DNA of 64,000 nucleotides from Phoronis australis (Eukaryota > Animalia > Phoronida). Location of the stretch: assembly GCA_002633005.1 (NCBI GenBank), contig NMRA01000274.1, forward strand, positions 281,741 to 345,740, given 5' to 3'. The notes under the pieces were generated by a model. The model did no database searches. It worked only from the letters and a program-made list of their open reading frames with translations, and was not told where the DNA came from. Positions 37,186-49,901 of this stretch are shown here, in pieces. Within the stretch, counting starts at the first letter, position 1. Each line of letters begins with the position of its first letter. Made by a program: the position numbers and the translations under genes.

Positions 37186-38494
37186 AGGCAAAGGCAACCT
37201 TTTTTCATGTCACTTTTAGCAAAAATAAGGTCTGTTGATTATCCCAAACATGTTTTTCACTTAATTACAGCTTTTTGTAATTTAATTAATTTCTCACCCT
37301 CTACTCCGGAAGTGACGTTTTGGGAGGCAAGAATTTCGCGCCAATTTCTTTTCATATAGTCTGACTGTGAGAGCTGTCAAGTCAGCCATTGTTCTACCTC
37401 GGATCTGACAAGTTCGGTCGTCGTTTGCTTTTGTTTACGAGTCAGTCAACATGCCACGCTGTTGCTACGTACCAGGATGTACTCATTATATCGTCTCACA
37501 CACGCTTTGGGTACCTTGCATCGCTTTCCATGAAGATGACACACTTCGCCGTATTGGCTAGCTCGTTCGTGTGAAGAACGCAGCGCTACCCGTCCACGCA
37601 ACGTACAAAGCATTGGCAAGCATTTTCAGCCGTCAGATTGCGACAGAGATATGTGCGCTGAATTGATGAAGGTCCCTGCGAAACAACGCCTAAAGAAGGG
37701 TCCCATACCGTCGCTGTTGATTCCCGGCAGTGCCCCGTCGCCACCCCCGAGAAGTGCGTTTTTGAAGCGAGAAGCCTCGCGAGCTGTGGCCACTATAAAC
37801 AGTGACTGGAGGCACTTCATCTACTGTCACCCATGCCTCCGAACGTACCATAGCGTACAATTCCAGGAACTAGCAGTGATTCCCCGTGTGCTGTTGTCTC
37901 TAGCCCAGAGCCTGTATGCAGCCCTGCAGCGATGTTGAGTAGTGGGAGTGAATACAGGCCCAGTTTGACACCCAGTGAAACAGTTCGTCATCCAATGAAC
38001 AGATCGGTGAGCCTAAGTTTTATAAGTTTATTGTGGACTTGTATTGGAGCTATTTAGAAGATGCCACGTGTGTGATGAGGGAGTCGCACGGCGGGATGTA
38101 AGCAGTTTGGATGCTCAAGTCACCATCCACTGGGAGTGTGTCGCGGGACACTCGGGCAAGTGGGACAGATCTTCCTCTGTACGCGAGACGATAATGAGTA
38201 CATATCGGTAGGCAGCAACAGCGTGGCATGTTGACTGACTCGTAAACAAAAGCAAACGACGACCGAACTTATCACAATCGAGGTAGAACAATGACTGACT
38301 CGACTGCTCTCACAGTCAGACTGTATGAAAAGAAATTGGCGCGAAATTCTTGCCTCCCACAACGTCACTTCCGGAGTAGACGACGAGTAATTAATTAAAT
38401 AACGAAAAGCTGTAAATAAGTGAAAAATATGTCTGGTATAATCAACGAACCCGATTTTTGCTAAAAAGGACATGAAAAAAGGTTGCCTTCGCCT
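37186..38494. mobile_element. Kolobok-like non-autonomous DNA transposon with ~310-bp TIRs and TTAA TSD
   Basis: TTAA at 37182-37185 and 38495-38498, termini AGGC..GCCT, and inverted repeats at 37186-37497 / 38185-38494. An internal degenerate THAP coding sequence is present. TTAA TSD with RR..YY termini and a THAP domain is the established Kolobok signature (piggyBac begins with pyrimidines). Confidence 0.82.
37451..37790 (+). pseudogene. Frameshifted THAP zinc-finger (transposase N-terminus) remnant
   Basis: Read across frameshifts: MPRCCYVPGC..LHRFP..DDTLRRIW..GKHF..RLKKGPIPSL..PPPRSAFLKRE, which follows the THAP pattern C-x2-4-C..FP..W..C-x2-HF..AVPS. Confidence 0.78.
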
Positions 38495-38756
38495 TTAAGG
38501 ATCGGCGCTATTACGCGACATTTGGCTCATTCAGACTGGGCTTCTCACGTTGAGTAACTTTTAGTCGTCGAAGTAGTATACGGTTAGAGGAATTCCAAGG
38601 GCTTTATTGTAAGCAATTTCATGTCAAAGGATAGGAACGCAACGACGATTCTCTGAGAGAACGATTGTTTTTGATACACCAGAACATGTGGTTTTTATTT
38701 TTTACTTTTTCAAACAATAGCACACTCCCAGAAATCGCTCTCGCATTATATCCAGG

Positions 38757-38913
38757 CTCTCATTCATTCCCTTCCATACATTCATGAAAACCGAGCTCTG
38801 TAGTGGGAGACACCTTTGTGCAATGCTCGATTGCCTGCCAGTAAAGCCAGGATTTGAACCTGGGTCTCCCAAACGGGAGTCCGGAGCTCAAACTACTTCG
38901 CCACACTGTCTCC
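38757..38913 (-). mobile_element. tRNA-derived SINE
   Basis: Minus strand reads GTGTGGCGAAGTAG (A-box-like)...GGTTCAAATCC (B box), then a non-tRNA body ending in a GAATGAATGA tail. It does not form a valid cloverleaf. Confidence 0.7.
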
Positions 38914-38991
38914 TCTGAAAATGGTTTACTGTGGTTGTGAAGGGACAGTATCGGTTTTATGGCCAAAGGCGCATTTTTGGATTATCGTTAG

Positions 38992-39161
38992 CATGCGCGC
39001 ACCCAGGGGGGCTCGGGAGGCTCGAACGAGCCCCCCCATTTGGCGAAGTGGGCAAAAAGGTCCGCCTCAGAGAAGCAAAAGGTCCGAGAAAACGAGACAG
39101 AAGTCCACTGAAAAAGGTCCAGAAATTGGAGCCCCCATATTAAAGGCTGGGTGCGCGCATT
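38992..39161 (+). mobile_element. GC-rich MITE family (TIR CATGCGCGCACCCAG), copy 1
   Basis: Nearly the same sequence occurs at 47238-47493 (+) and in inverted orientation at about 34320-34575. It contains an internal GGGGGCTC..GAGCCCCC hairpin. Confidence 0.8.
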
Positions 39162-40311
39162 GTCAGATGGGACAGGCTTCGTGATAATTATCAACTTTGA
39201 ACATAAGCTATCAAACAACAAAATCCATTGTGTTTTTGTGACCTTATTACAAATCGTTAGTTCTTTCCGTTGTCTAACAATCATTCACTGAAATCAAGCC
39301 CGGAGATTTTTACCAGTTAAATACGCTTCTCAATGGAATATTCTGACATTTATCGAACAGGGTTGAGCTTCGCCAGCACAGCATTAGAATGCAATCTTGG
39401 GAGATGCGGGTTCGAGGTTAATCTCCTGAAATCACTTTAACATACATGAATATTTTCTAATTACATATTTATGGATTTTTCGTGCCTGTACAACAATTGC
39501 TATGTTCTAATCTAAATAATAGCATTCCTCGCGTCACATATATCTTGTAAAGATATAGTTAGAAGTTTTGTGTAGATAACTTACAATTAACGTAATTGAT
39601 TTGCAATTCTGTGTTGTTTATCTGACATTTCCTAGCAACTTTATACCTTATGGTTTTTAAAAATATACCAGGCTTCCTAAAAAGGCTGTAGAAGAAATCA
39701 ATTTTAGAAATATCCTACGCGGGTAATGTTGTCCAATAAACAATTAGTCACAAATGTTCGTTCGTTTTACAAATGTGAAGAAAACAGCGCATGCTGATTC
39801 TCCACCTCGTCGTAATACGCAATATAGCTTATATCTTAGACCAACAAATGCCGCACGGGGACAATGCAGTATTTAACAAGAAGTCAGTTTCTATCAAAAT
39901 ATTCATAAAATAATAACTTTAGAAAAAATATTCAAAACACTCCACGCATTAAAACTGATTATCATAAAATCGTACATACAAACCCAACTAAAATTTAAAA
40001 TTCCATCTCATTTTCTTCTCCTTCATTATCTCATAAATAAATAATTCTAACCAGACAAAATGATTCACTTGCCTACAAAGCGCCATAATCGATACAACGT
40101 TGGATTTTCTTTTGTAACACAATCGAGAACATAATTAACTTGAATCCGGAGAAGCGCACTCGTCCAAACTAAGTTACCGCGGATCGATAAAGTTGTCTTT
40201 CCAAAGCTTCCTTGAAGTGAAGATTACGTCTATCTCGGCTTTGTTTTCAAAATCGAGAATCTGTCACTGACTGGCGTACTCCAGCTAATCGTGACATCAA
40301 GCGCTCTTCAA

Positions 40312-43300
40312 TCAAGCCGAAACAAAACCAAAGTTGCTGTTCGATTTCTTGTCTGTGTCGACAGTTCCACCGTTGAGTTCTATGTCTTCTTTTCCGGCAC
40401 TATCGGGTTGAGTCTTGAAATGAAAAACATCAAACTTGTGATAGGAATATTATATAATTGAAATCACCACCTTTCCTTCTGTTTTGCTGTCCGAAAAATA
40501 TCACAACCGGGCCTCATGTCTTGCATCAACACAGTCTTAAAGTATTTCCGTCACACTTGATTTCAGTTGTCACAAAGAACAGTTCGAGAAGTTACGAGTA
40601 AAATTACACTTCATAAATTACAGGAACGGAAAACCATTCTAAAAAATTTATCTCTCAAAACAGATGTTGTCGGGCCAAGACAATTTTAAGAATAGTTTGA
40701 TAGTCTGACGGTATGTGTGGGTATTTATACCCATGCGTATGTGAACGTGCGCCAAAACAGGGACATGCCGAGGCCTCAAAAGCTCGCGGAACACTTTTCA
40801 ACGCATGTGAGTGTATAGTCAATCCCAGAGCTTCCAGGGGTAAACTCTCCCGTACAGGTGACGCTGTCACGGAAGTGTGTGAATCTTATTTTTTTCGATA
40901 CAAAAAGGTAGACGTGTTTGTTCTTGAGATGAGTGACATTTAACGCATATACAGAAAACGAACAACAGAAAAACAGAAAAACAGAACGCATTGCGTGTTC
41001 AGAAAAGAAATGCCTGCAGCTATAAGTGATGCATAGTCGTATGCTTTTTTTATGCAAAACATTTGAGTTTCTTTATTTCGAAAATAGGCGCATAGACCTA
41101 AACGCACATGTACGATAATGAACCACTTTTCTTGGTTTCATTTTGCAGCAGGTAAGGAAGCTACATATTCATTGGTAACACACCGTTTTTCATCAAATCA
41201 CAGTCAACCGTTTTTTCTTCTATAGTTAGGGTGATGTAATGTATAAACTGACACCTTATGGAAGATTTGACAGCTGCAAATTTGAGAGACTATGCGTTAA
41301 CAAAAATGACTCTGTTAAGTGTAAGTGGAAGGACGTGTTTAACACAACATGCCTATAGAATACATAAAATGGTTACCGTGGAGACATAAACAAACAAACA
41401 AAGTACGCCTTTCCCATCATGACGTCATTGTAATCACCCACCTTCCATCGAAAACAACTTTTAATTTGGAAAACTTAGTGCCAGAAGAATGGTATCAATT
41501 TGCTCTTAGTCATGTGAACTAACTCGGTTTCTAATCTGAGCAACGAACAAATTGAGACCAGTTTTATAACGACAAGTAGTCAATAGCAAAAGTTATTCAT
41601 TCACGTAAGGGGGCGTTAGTTTATATAATAGGTTTAAATACAGTTGATGCATTTAAAGGAAAAAAAATGCTGCGAAAACCAATAAAACTTAGCAAAAATA
41701 GGGTAAGCCTAAATCGTAAACTTCAAACTCAACTAAGTCCGCAAGTTAATCTGCACACTGATACCTGTAACCAGTAGTGAACTCCATTCTGTCCGATCCA
41801 TGATTTTATCATGTGGACTTAGGAACGCTAACGCGACGTATTTAAAACAAAAACAACAAATGGTTCTATCCAAATCATGAACCAAATCAATGGTTTTCAA
41901 AGGTAGCGCTGCACGAGACTTTAAGCGAGTAATTTCAGAAAATTTATCTTTTCGTGACGATGCAAGAGGTCTCGTATCAGAAATAATGATATGTCCGATT
42001 TTGCTGTTTTCCGGAAGTGGCAAGAAACACGTGATGAAAAGAGAGAAAGAAAATGAGGCATGCAGTTAAATGAAATTGTGCGTGAATAGGAAGTTAGCAA
42101 ATCCAACAGTTTTCAAATTGTTATTTTTATTTAGCGGTAAACATTTTTTTAAATTTCACGTGGAAAATTAATTGTTTCCTAAATACTGAGATCACGTGCG
42201 TGATTTATAAATAGATGAGATTATTTGAGGATCACGAAAGTGAAGTAACGGTGTCACTGAATTCTAGAAACCACCCCCACCTTAATGACCTAGGATGAAA
42301 TTTCTTAAAAAATTTTCTTAAAAAAACTTTTTAAGTATTAATTGTAGACCCAAAAACCTATATAAGCCTATTTTTTGAAATCTTTGGTGATCAAAAGATT
42401 TTAATGAGTGCATTTAATCATGTCGCTGTATGATTTTTCAGAAATATCGCCATATTTTCCGCATACATGAAACTTGTAAATTTTGTTTCTTTACAAAATT
42501 AGCCACAAAATCGCGTCTAGTGCTGTCTTTTGAGTCCTTTTATCTTGAGAGCCCCGTTGTTAGAAATGAAGACTTGATTTTTGACAGTCGAGATCTTGGA
42601 CTAAAAACCTTAAAAAGATAACCTGGGGCAGACTTTAAAAGCTAATACAATAAAGAAATTGAACGTGCAAGTTTCGGTCGAAAATATCATGTTTTTGGAA
42701 AATTCGGCGATCTGCGTAAAAAATTCCGATGTAAAAAAGTAGTCATGTGGTTGCAACCATGTAGGTATTGCTTTCGAGCCCATAATAACATCCTGTGGTC
42801 TTCAGGCAATTTAAAACAGTTTCACGTGTTTACCACAAATATTTATAAAGTTATTTGAGAAATTTTATCCTTGGAAACAAAGGTACTTATTTATTAAAGA
42901 CAAAATCTTATTTATAAATAAAGAACTCTGAAAATTTCAATTTTGGACAGGCTATCCCCATTCGTAATTTTACTGTAGAATTTCTGTAAAGATAGCATGC
43001 AGCAAATTTCCACGTTTAAAGGGATACTAAAAACCCTGCTGTGATGATTTTAACCAATCCTCGTTGTGTCACCTGCTAATGTGTCATTGGCGCCAATGTC
43101 GAAAGAAAAAAGCAGAAACCAACTAAAAATTCATACTCCCTATGTCACCGATTGGATAGTTCTTGCTGGGTGGTCCTTCCCCACCGTTGCCGTGTAATTC
43201 GCTAAAAGCGTAGGTCACGCTTGCCAGTTTAGCAGACTTTGAAAGGAGTTTTCAAATTTTCCTCCAAACTTTTGAGGGTTTTAGAGGATTACAGAGCATC

Positions 43301-46300
43301 AATTCGTTTCAGAGGACTAGATGGAAAAGTCGTTTTTAATAACTGTTAATAGGCCAAAGCCAGGTTTGGTATCCTTTTAAGTAAAAGACATGCACAGAGT
43401 GGATTAGAACGGTTAGGGTAAAATGTTTCCTTCCACCAAATCATAATCATGCAGGTAATGAACTTACGTCGTCTTCTTTTTTGCAATTTCTAAATTTTTT
43501 GTTTACAGCCTGAAAGTGAACTAAGTGATTATTCTACCAGACAGTATGAGCAAACCGTAAACCGTAGAAAAGAAAAAGTAAATTTTTATAAACAGTGACA
43601 CCAACCCCGGCTTCATCGTTCTAGCTAGGCATGCAAACACCGGAAACCTTTCGAATGTGGTCTTTGAGATGTCAAGCCAGAATACATGGGTGTAAAACAT
43701 TTTAAAAGATCACAAATAACAGTGTTTGTTAACAACTATGTACAACCATTCTTTGTAATACATACTGAATACGCTCCTCTCCCTAACAGCATGACTGATA
43801 AAATAGATCTTATTAGAAATAGACATTTACCTCCATTTTATTAACTCCTTTCTTGTATACCGTGGCAATCTGATCGATGATCATAGCCATGTAACACAGT
43901 CCAATATATATCCATAAGTATAACAGTATTTTATAGATGACTCTAGCCCCATCTCGCGCTTGTTGTCCTGAAAATAAGAATAGTTATGTCTAAACGGTAA
44001 TCCACCTGTAATATCTTCCTCTAGTACAGTTACACGAGGCAACGTGTCACCAGGTGACAAACTGCTACGACCTGCCATTGTCACGGAATCACTTTAGATT
44101 AAATGTTACGGATTCCAATTTTTTACAATTTGTACAAACCGAGAAGCATTTGTACTGGATAATTTTATACTAATAAATTTCGGCTACGTCAAGTTTGAAC
44201 ATAAACAGTTCCATTTTCCAATTTTGCATCACTGCGTGAAATTATTACGGTGTTTTTCCTCGCGTCTAACTGACAAGCGCTTTTCTCCAAAAAGTAAGAT
44301 ATGGATAATACGATTGCCGTAAAGCAATGACGACGGTTACATTTTTATGGAGATTTTAGGCTTTGCCATGTATAGCTGAGCTATCATGTTTTAGCAACAA
44401 CCGATATGGATAATAAGCAACAAGAAGACAACATACCAGCAACATAGTCACCAAAACCAATGGTTGTTAACGTGATCATGGAGTAGTAAAGGCTTGTACC
44501 ATAGTCCCATTCTTCGCTGAAGACAAAGAGTATAGCCGGAAACGCGAAGAAGATCAAATATCCAGAGACTATTAGTATGCTAAAGAATATGAAATCAGCC
44601 AGCTTGGTCTTATCTTTTAGACAGTTGCTCTCTTCCAGTTTTTTTCGGATTTTTCCGCTCTGACGTCCAAGCGCCTCTCCGATCATTGTCATGAACACTC
44701 CAAACAGTGGGATGCCAATTATTGCGTAAATACAGACCATCACCTGTCCGCCAGAGGTCGCAGGTGAAATGTTTCCATATCCTGAAAATCAGAATAAGAA
44801 ATTTTCAGAACTGTATTACACAAATACAACAACAGAAACCATTTCAAATAAGTCCAAATAACAATTAATAATTCATTCCTACTTAGTAGAACATTATCAC
44901 GTCTCCTGCACCTTCACGTGCTATCCGTGACGTCAGAGTGTGAGGCCCGGGAACCAGGGCCCGGTCTCTAATCTTTGTACTCGAAACGAACTCGAAACTA
45001 TTTTTGACAATTTCTCTGCTCCTTTTGTGCGAACTTTTAAGTTCTTAAAAGAAAATTGGTTATCAGACTGTGCTCGAATATATTATAGTTCATGCATAGG
45101 AGTTCAAGTTTGCCCTTGAAGACCCTTATATTCGTGCTACAAACTCGAGTAAAAACTCGAAATTTCGAATTCAAACTCGAACTTATTGCTTTAATATTGG
45201 GTTTACAAACTGTGAACTAAGGGCAATAAATTATCTACGTAAGTTATTGAAAACTCGAGCATAGAATAATAGACACTTATCTTGAGTTCGCCCAAAAGTA
45301 GAGTAGAAAATGCCAAACCTAATTTCGAGTTCCATTTCGAGTAAAAAGATTGGAGACCGGGCCCAGGTTAACAACAAAGGTTGCTTCTAGTATTGTTATA
45401 ATGTGAGAAGTTAAGTATTAGAACACTAGTTAGAAAGTTTCTAACCAAAATCAATGTTGACAAATATTTTGCTCATATGACTACTGAGAAATTACAAAAC
45501 AGTAGCTAAACAATGACTCGTCGTTTTTTCTCTTCTTGGAAAACCATTTTCAAAACTTATTTCGATAGTAAAATGTCCTGTCATATACATTTGAACTGCT
45601 GTAATTTTCGTATGCTCTTTTGTGATAGTTAGTGTTTTATTGATCGATTACTGTACACATCTGGTATCTGATCATAAGTTTAGACCAGGGTCAGTTTCAT
45701 GAACAGTGACTTAAAACTTACGAAAAAGACTTGGTCTTACGCTCCATACAACAATTTTCGTGAAAATAATTAAATCTCACTCGAGAAAAAGTCTAAAATC
45801 TCTGGCAATGTACACATAACAGCTAGTTTTATAAATTGTTTCTAGAATGTGATGCGATCATAGTTTCTCGGCAAATCTTTATTCAGCAATTATGAAGTGA
45901 AAGCGTCAGACCAACATTTACAAAACGGACCCCTGGTTTAAATTGACTAGACATGGAACACTTGCAGATCTTGGCCAAACTATTGGTACTTATCAAACAA
46001 GAGCCACATTTGAGCTGAAAAACTGGTTGACGGCGAGATAATTCTGATGGGCGAAGAAGACAATACATCAATAGAGTCCGCTTGAGGGTGGGCGTATAAA
46101 AGCAAACGAGCTCTCTAACTCACCAATAGTAGTCATAACTGTCATACTGAAGAATAAGGAGCTCGCGAAATCCCAGTTAGACGGCTGTGGTGTATAGACG
46201 ATGTTAGCAGAACCATTTCCGTCGATATTGAAGCTGACGCCTTTGCTAACCGCCGCATCGTAAGCGGATAAAAGTAGCTTCAGACCTTCCACGTCCACGC

Positions 46301-49300
46301 ATGTATAGTTATCTGATAAGAAAAACGTTCATAAAAATATCACATAGGAATAGGAAGCGGGGAGCCAGCGCTTCTTCATTCATGAAGCTGGAGGCAGGTG
46401 CCCACTAAACAGGGGCGTAGAAGCAGGAGGAACCGGGAGGGGTACGTACCCCAAAACAATTTGCAGGCACAATGGCGAAACCGTGGTGTTGACCCGTATA
46501 GGTGAAAGGGGGGTGGGGTGGGACAGGAGCAGCCCCTATAGAACAGAAAATGTTTTCGAGAGTTGGATTCACCCTGTGGAGGTCCTGGTAAAGACATTTT
46601 GTTAATAACAGGATACCAAACCCGACATTGACCTCTTAACAGATATTAATAACAACTTTCCCATCCAGTTCTCTGAAACGAAATAATGCCCTGTAACCCC
46701 CGACAAATCTCAAAATTTTGGAACAAAGATCAGAACGAGAATAGGTTAAAAATTACCGGGTTTAGTAAACTTTTAAGGGTCCCAGGTTTTTACATGTTGC
46801 AGCATGGGTCGTTTACGCTCACTTGAAAACGAGTTCTTATACATACATACTTCGAAAAACTCCGGGGAAACTTGTCGTTTTATAGGTCTCAGCACTTAGA
46901 GGAGGACCGCTGACGCCATTCATCTTTTTATGAATGGGCCACTCACTCCCAAGGATGGAATCGGTTACTTCTGTTTTCCTGTTTTTGTGAGATGGTAAAT
47001 CTTGTATTTTAGGAAAGGTGTTCGGATGATGGAAGGAGGGTAAACCAATGAGGAGTCTTAACAGTTTTGAAAAATGATGTCGTCATCAATATTAGGGTAT
47101 TTGGGCAGTATGCATTTCACATTCAAAGACCCCTCTCAGACGGCACCCCATGAACCCGGCACTGTCATCTATAACGAAAAATTGAAAATGTTCAAATCGG
47201 TCACGATAACCACATACCCGGTAATATTCTCATTCACCATGCGCGCACCCAGGGGGGCTCGGGGGGCTCGAAGGAGCCCCCCATTTGGCGAAGTGGACAA
47301 AAAGGTCCGCCCCAGAGAAACAAAAAGTCCGAGAAAACGAGACAAAAAGTCCACTAAAAAAGCGCAAACGCACAATTCACAGCCCTGGACGTGGTACCCC
47401 GTTTTTTGTAGTCCTTCGGCTTTTTTTCGGTAAAAGGTCCACATCGTCGGAAATTCGAGCCCCCCCCCATATTAAAGGCTGGTTGCGCGCATGTCCCCAT
47501 GTAGCTAAATGCGTTCCAAACAACTCCAAAACGTTAAACTACATCATAAAAAGCACAAAAAATCAATATGATCAACCGGAATAGAAAGATAAAAAAACTT
47601 GAAGATAAATACTTGTGAATTAAACAAAGGCAATATTCTCGATGATTTTGTAAAGAATTCCAAGAATAGTATTTCCTTTGGAGATCGTTATTAATAAAGC
47701 ATCGTCGATGAAGAAGGACTTGTTCGTGCAGAACTCGGCGTGTCGATCATGGTTTTGTAAAGAATTCCAAGAAAGTATTTCCTTTGGTGATCGTTTTTAA
47801 GAAAGGACTTTTTCGTGCAGAACTCGGCGTGTTGATTAGAATGTCAGACGTATAAGTTTTTGAAGACACGTTTAACGGATCAACGTGTTCAGGGCGTATA
47901 TACTGGCAAACGTGAACAAAGGTTTCTGCGATTTTTAGTGCAAGGTTAAATAGGCCTGAAACGCGATAAACACACTAAATTGCAATACTGAAAGTGGTTT
48001 TCTGCCACTGAAACAGAATTCAACATACTCACCAGGTATTTTTAGAGTTTGTTCGAGGGGATTCCCGGCTTACTAGAAAGGTTCACAAGAAAGGTTTCTT
48101 ACTGCTTTTTCTCTGGCCACCAAAGAAATGGAATAGAACTATTTTATGCGTAGGTTTTAGTGCTCCTCTCTCGTATAAGTAAGTGCACGCTTACGTGGTA
48201 AATGATGCCTTATTTTAGCTTCGTGATGAAAAAAGTGCACTCACTTTCCACATTTTGCTCGCTAGAGGGTGCATACACAGTTTTGTGAAGTCCGTTCAAG
48301 CGAAAGAGAAGTTTGTGCCGGCAATATTACCGATCGAATAGTGAGATATTTATGCAGTTTTCAGTTATAAACACCCGCACAGTGTTACGTGTCCCTGTTA
48401 GCGTTAGTTCTCTGTATTGGAAAATGACGTCGTGAGCGCTTTGAGCGTAGCAGGTAGTTTAATATGTATTACCCGCCAGTCTAGGAGTACACAGTTCAGT
48501 CTGGCTCTTCAATTTCATTTCTCATGAACACAATCGTTTCTTCTAGAGAATGTTAGCTTCTTCTTTTCGGAAGTGGGGAAGTGCAGCCCGAGTGAGCTCT
48601 AAAAATGTACGTTTGTTGTTTACGCACGAAAATTACGCTCTCCTGAGTGGAATTTCTTTTAAAAAACGTATTCATCGTAGGCAACTGTAGTACACGGAGC
48701 GAGACACCACTTTTTGAAAACGTCGTATTGAGTGTGTGTACGGCACCCTCTGTCAAATACGCAAAGAAATAGATAATTGCTATTTCAAAATAAAAAGGGT
48801 AATCATGTGGACATTCTTCCCGAAGTTGATCGCACACACCTAGTCAGCAAAGTTACATGCACGTGTACGTGGGGGGTTGCGCACAGTGGACCGCATGACA
48901 TTAGTCTGAACTTGTTCATGAAATATTCGTCTCGATGCAATAAATATACCAAAACGAGAACCGTTTGTCGCAAAGAATAAACGTACGGAATGTTCTCTTC
49001 TAGTGCCGTAGAGCCGGGATCTATAGGATCCAGGATTTTGAGTTGGGGGGAGGGGGNNNNNNNNNAACGGGAATAACCAGAATTTCGACGGACATAGGCC
49101 TCGAATGTTTGGTGTTGCGGACCTGTTAACTAAAAAAAACGGTAAACGGGGTTTGTTCAGTTTGTTCAGGGCCTATGCGTTGTTTATTCAACCCGAAGAG
49201 CCCCTGCTTGCGTGCACCCGAACTCCCAAATGGTATCTGGTAGAATTTTAGGAGGGGCCATGGCCCCCTTGCCCCCCTAAATCCGCCACTGATCTACGAT

Positions 49301-49901
49301 GTCAAACGGGAATACCAAACACAATTTTGGGAGGAGTAATGTTCGTGTGAGCTTTAAAACCGAAAACCCCGGCATCTCAAACCCGTTTATGTAACGAGTT
49401 TACGGTTAGTGTTTTGGTGTTCACTTCCGGACAGTACTAGAGTTTGACCAAGCAAAATTCCCTGTAATATGCGCCAGGTAAGGCCTTAGAAACAACCTTA
49501 CAACAGAAACACCCAATGAGTTTAAGTGCGTGCGTCTGGGGCTTACATCATGAGTATAAAAAAATTCCAAGACATGGATTTACGGATTTTGTTAACACTA
49601 GTCACTACTGATTCACTCACTACAGTAACAGATAAAATGGAAATAGATTACTGTGGCTCAAGTACATAATAGCCACGGAAACTTCACTACCTTCAATCAC
49701 AATCTCGGTGTTATTTGAAAGTTGTTACTGTTGCACGTGTACACTGTACAACGATTTACCCAAAAAAACCTTGTGTGACGAAATCGCTTTCTGCAGCGTC
49801 TCCTGTTCTCTGGGTTGCTCAAGTGCTTGGAATATGGCCGCTCCAATCAAGTTGTAGATCGCTATGACAACGGCAATCAGGAAACCCACCCACCAATGCA
49901 T
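40312..49901 (-). CDS. Two-pore-domain potassium channel (K2P/KCNK, TREK/TALK/TASK-2-like), about 318 aa, 6 coding exons
   Basis: Exons 49901-49760 (M1: MHWWVGFLIAVVIAIYNLIGAAIFQALEQPRE), 46312-46124 (cap NYTCV; P1 WDFASSLFFSMTVMTTIG), 44781-44437 (YGNISP..GIPL..P2 YYSMITLTTIGFGDYVA), 43967-43831 (M4 YKILLYLWIYIGL), 43509-43468 and 40413-40312 (stop). Phases are consistent. The last two exons are inferred from splice signals only. Confidence 0.9.
44958..45363. mobile_element. PIF/Harbinger-like MITE with 3-bp CAG TSD in K2P intron 2
   Basis: TIR GGCCCGGTCTCTAATCTTT..TACTCGAAA / TTTCGAGTA..AAAGATTGGAGACCGGGCC, flanked by CAG on both sides. Confidence 0.75.
47238..47493 (+). mobile_element. 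GC-rich MITE family, copy 2 (K2P intron 1)
   Basis: CATGCGCGCACCCAGGGGGG...AAAGGCTGGTTGCGCGCATG, homologous to 38992-39161. Confidence 0.8.
47644..47838. repeat. ~100-bp tandem duplication
   Basis: TTTTGTAAAGAATTCCAAGAA..GTATTTCCTTTGG.GATCGTT..TTCGTGCAGAACTCGGCGTGT occurs twice. Confidence 0.85.

Larger units (their letters stand above)
36716..38525. mobile_element. Older MITE-like element with repeated GGCGCTTATT motifs, host of the Kolobok-like insertion
   Basis: Multiple GGCGC(T)TATT motifs at 36740-37183 that resume after 38498. Imperfect terminal inverted match TGTCGCG..CGCGACA. A related fragment lies near 7030-7095. Confidence 0.55.

Noticed and set aside
38845-38913. Second tRNA gene on the minus strand
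   Set aside because: It has A/B boxes but no proper acceptor or anticodon stems and continues into a body with a simple-repeat tail, so it is a SINE.
49040-49070. G-runs here and at 1294-1309 and 53354-53381 as G-quadruplex elements
   Set aside because: Two of them abut N bases, so the homopolymer lengths are unreliable, and at least the first lies inside a MITE.
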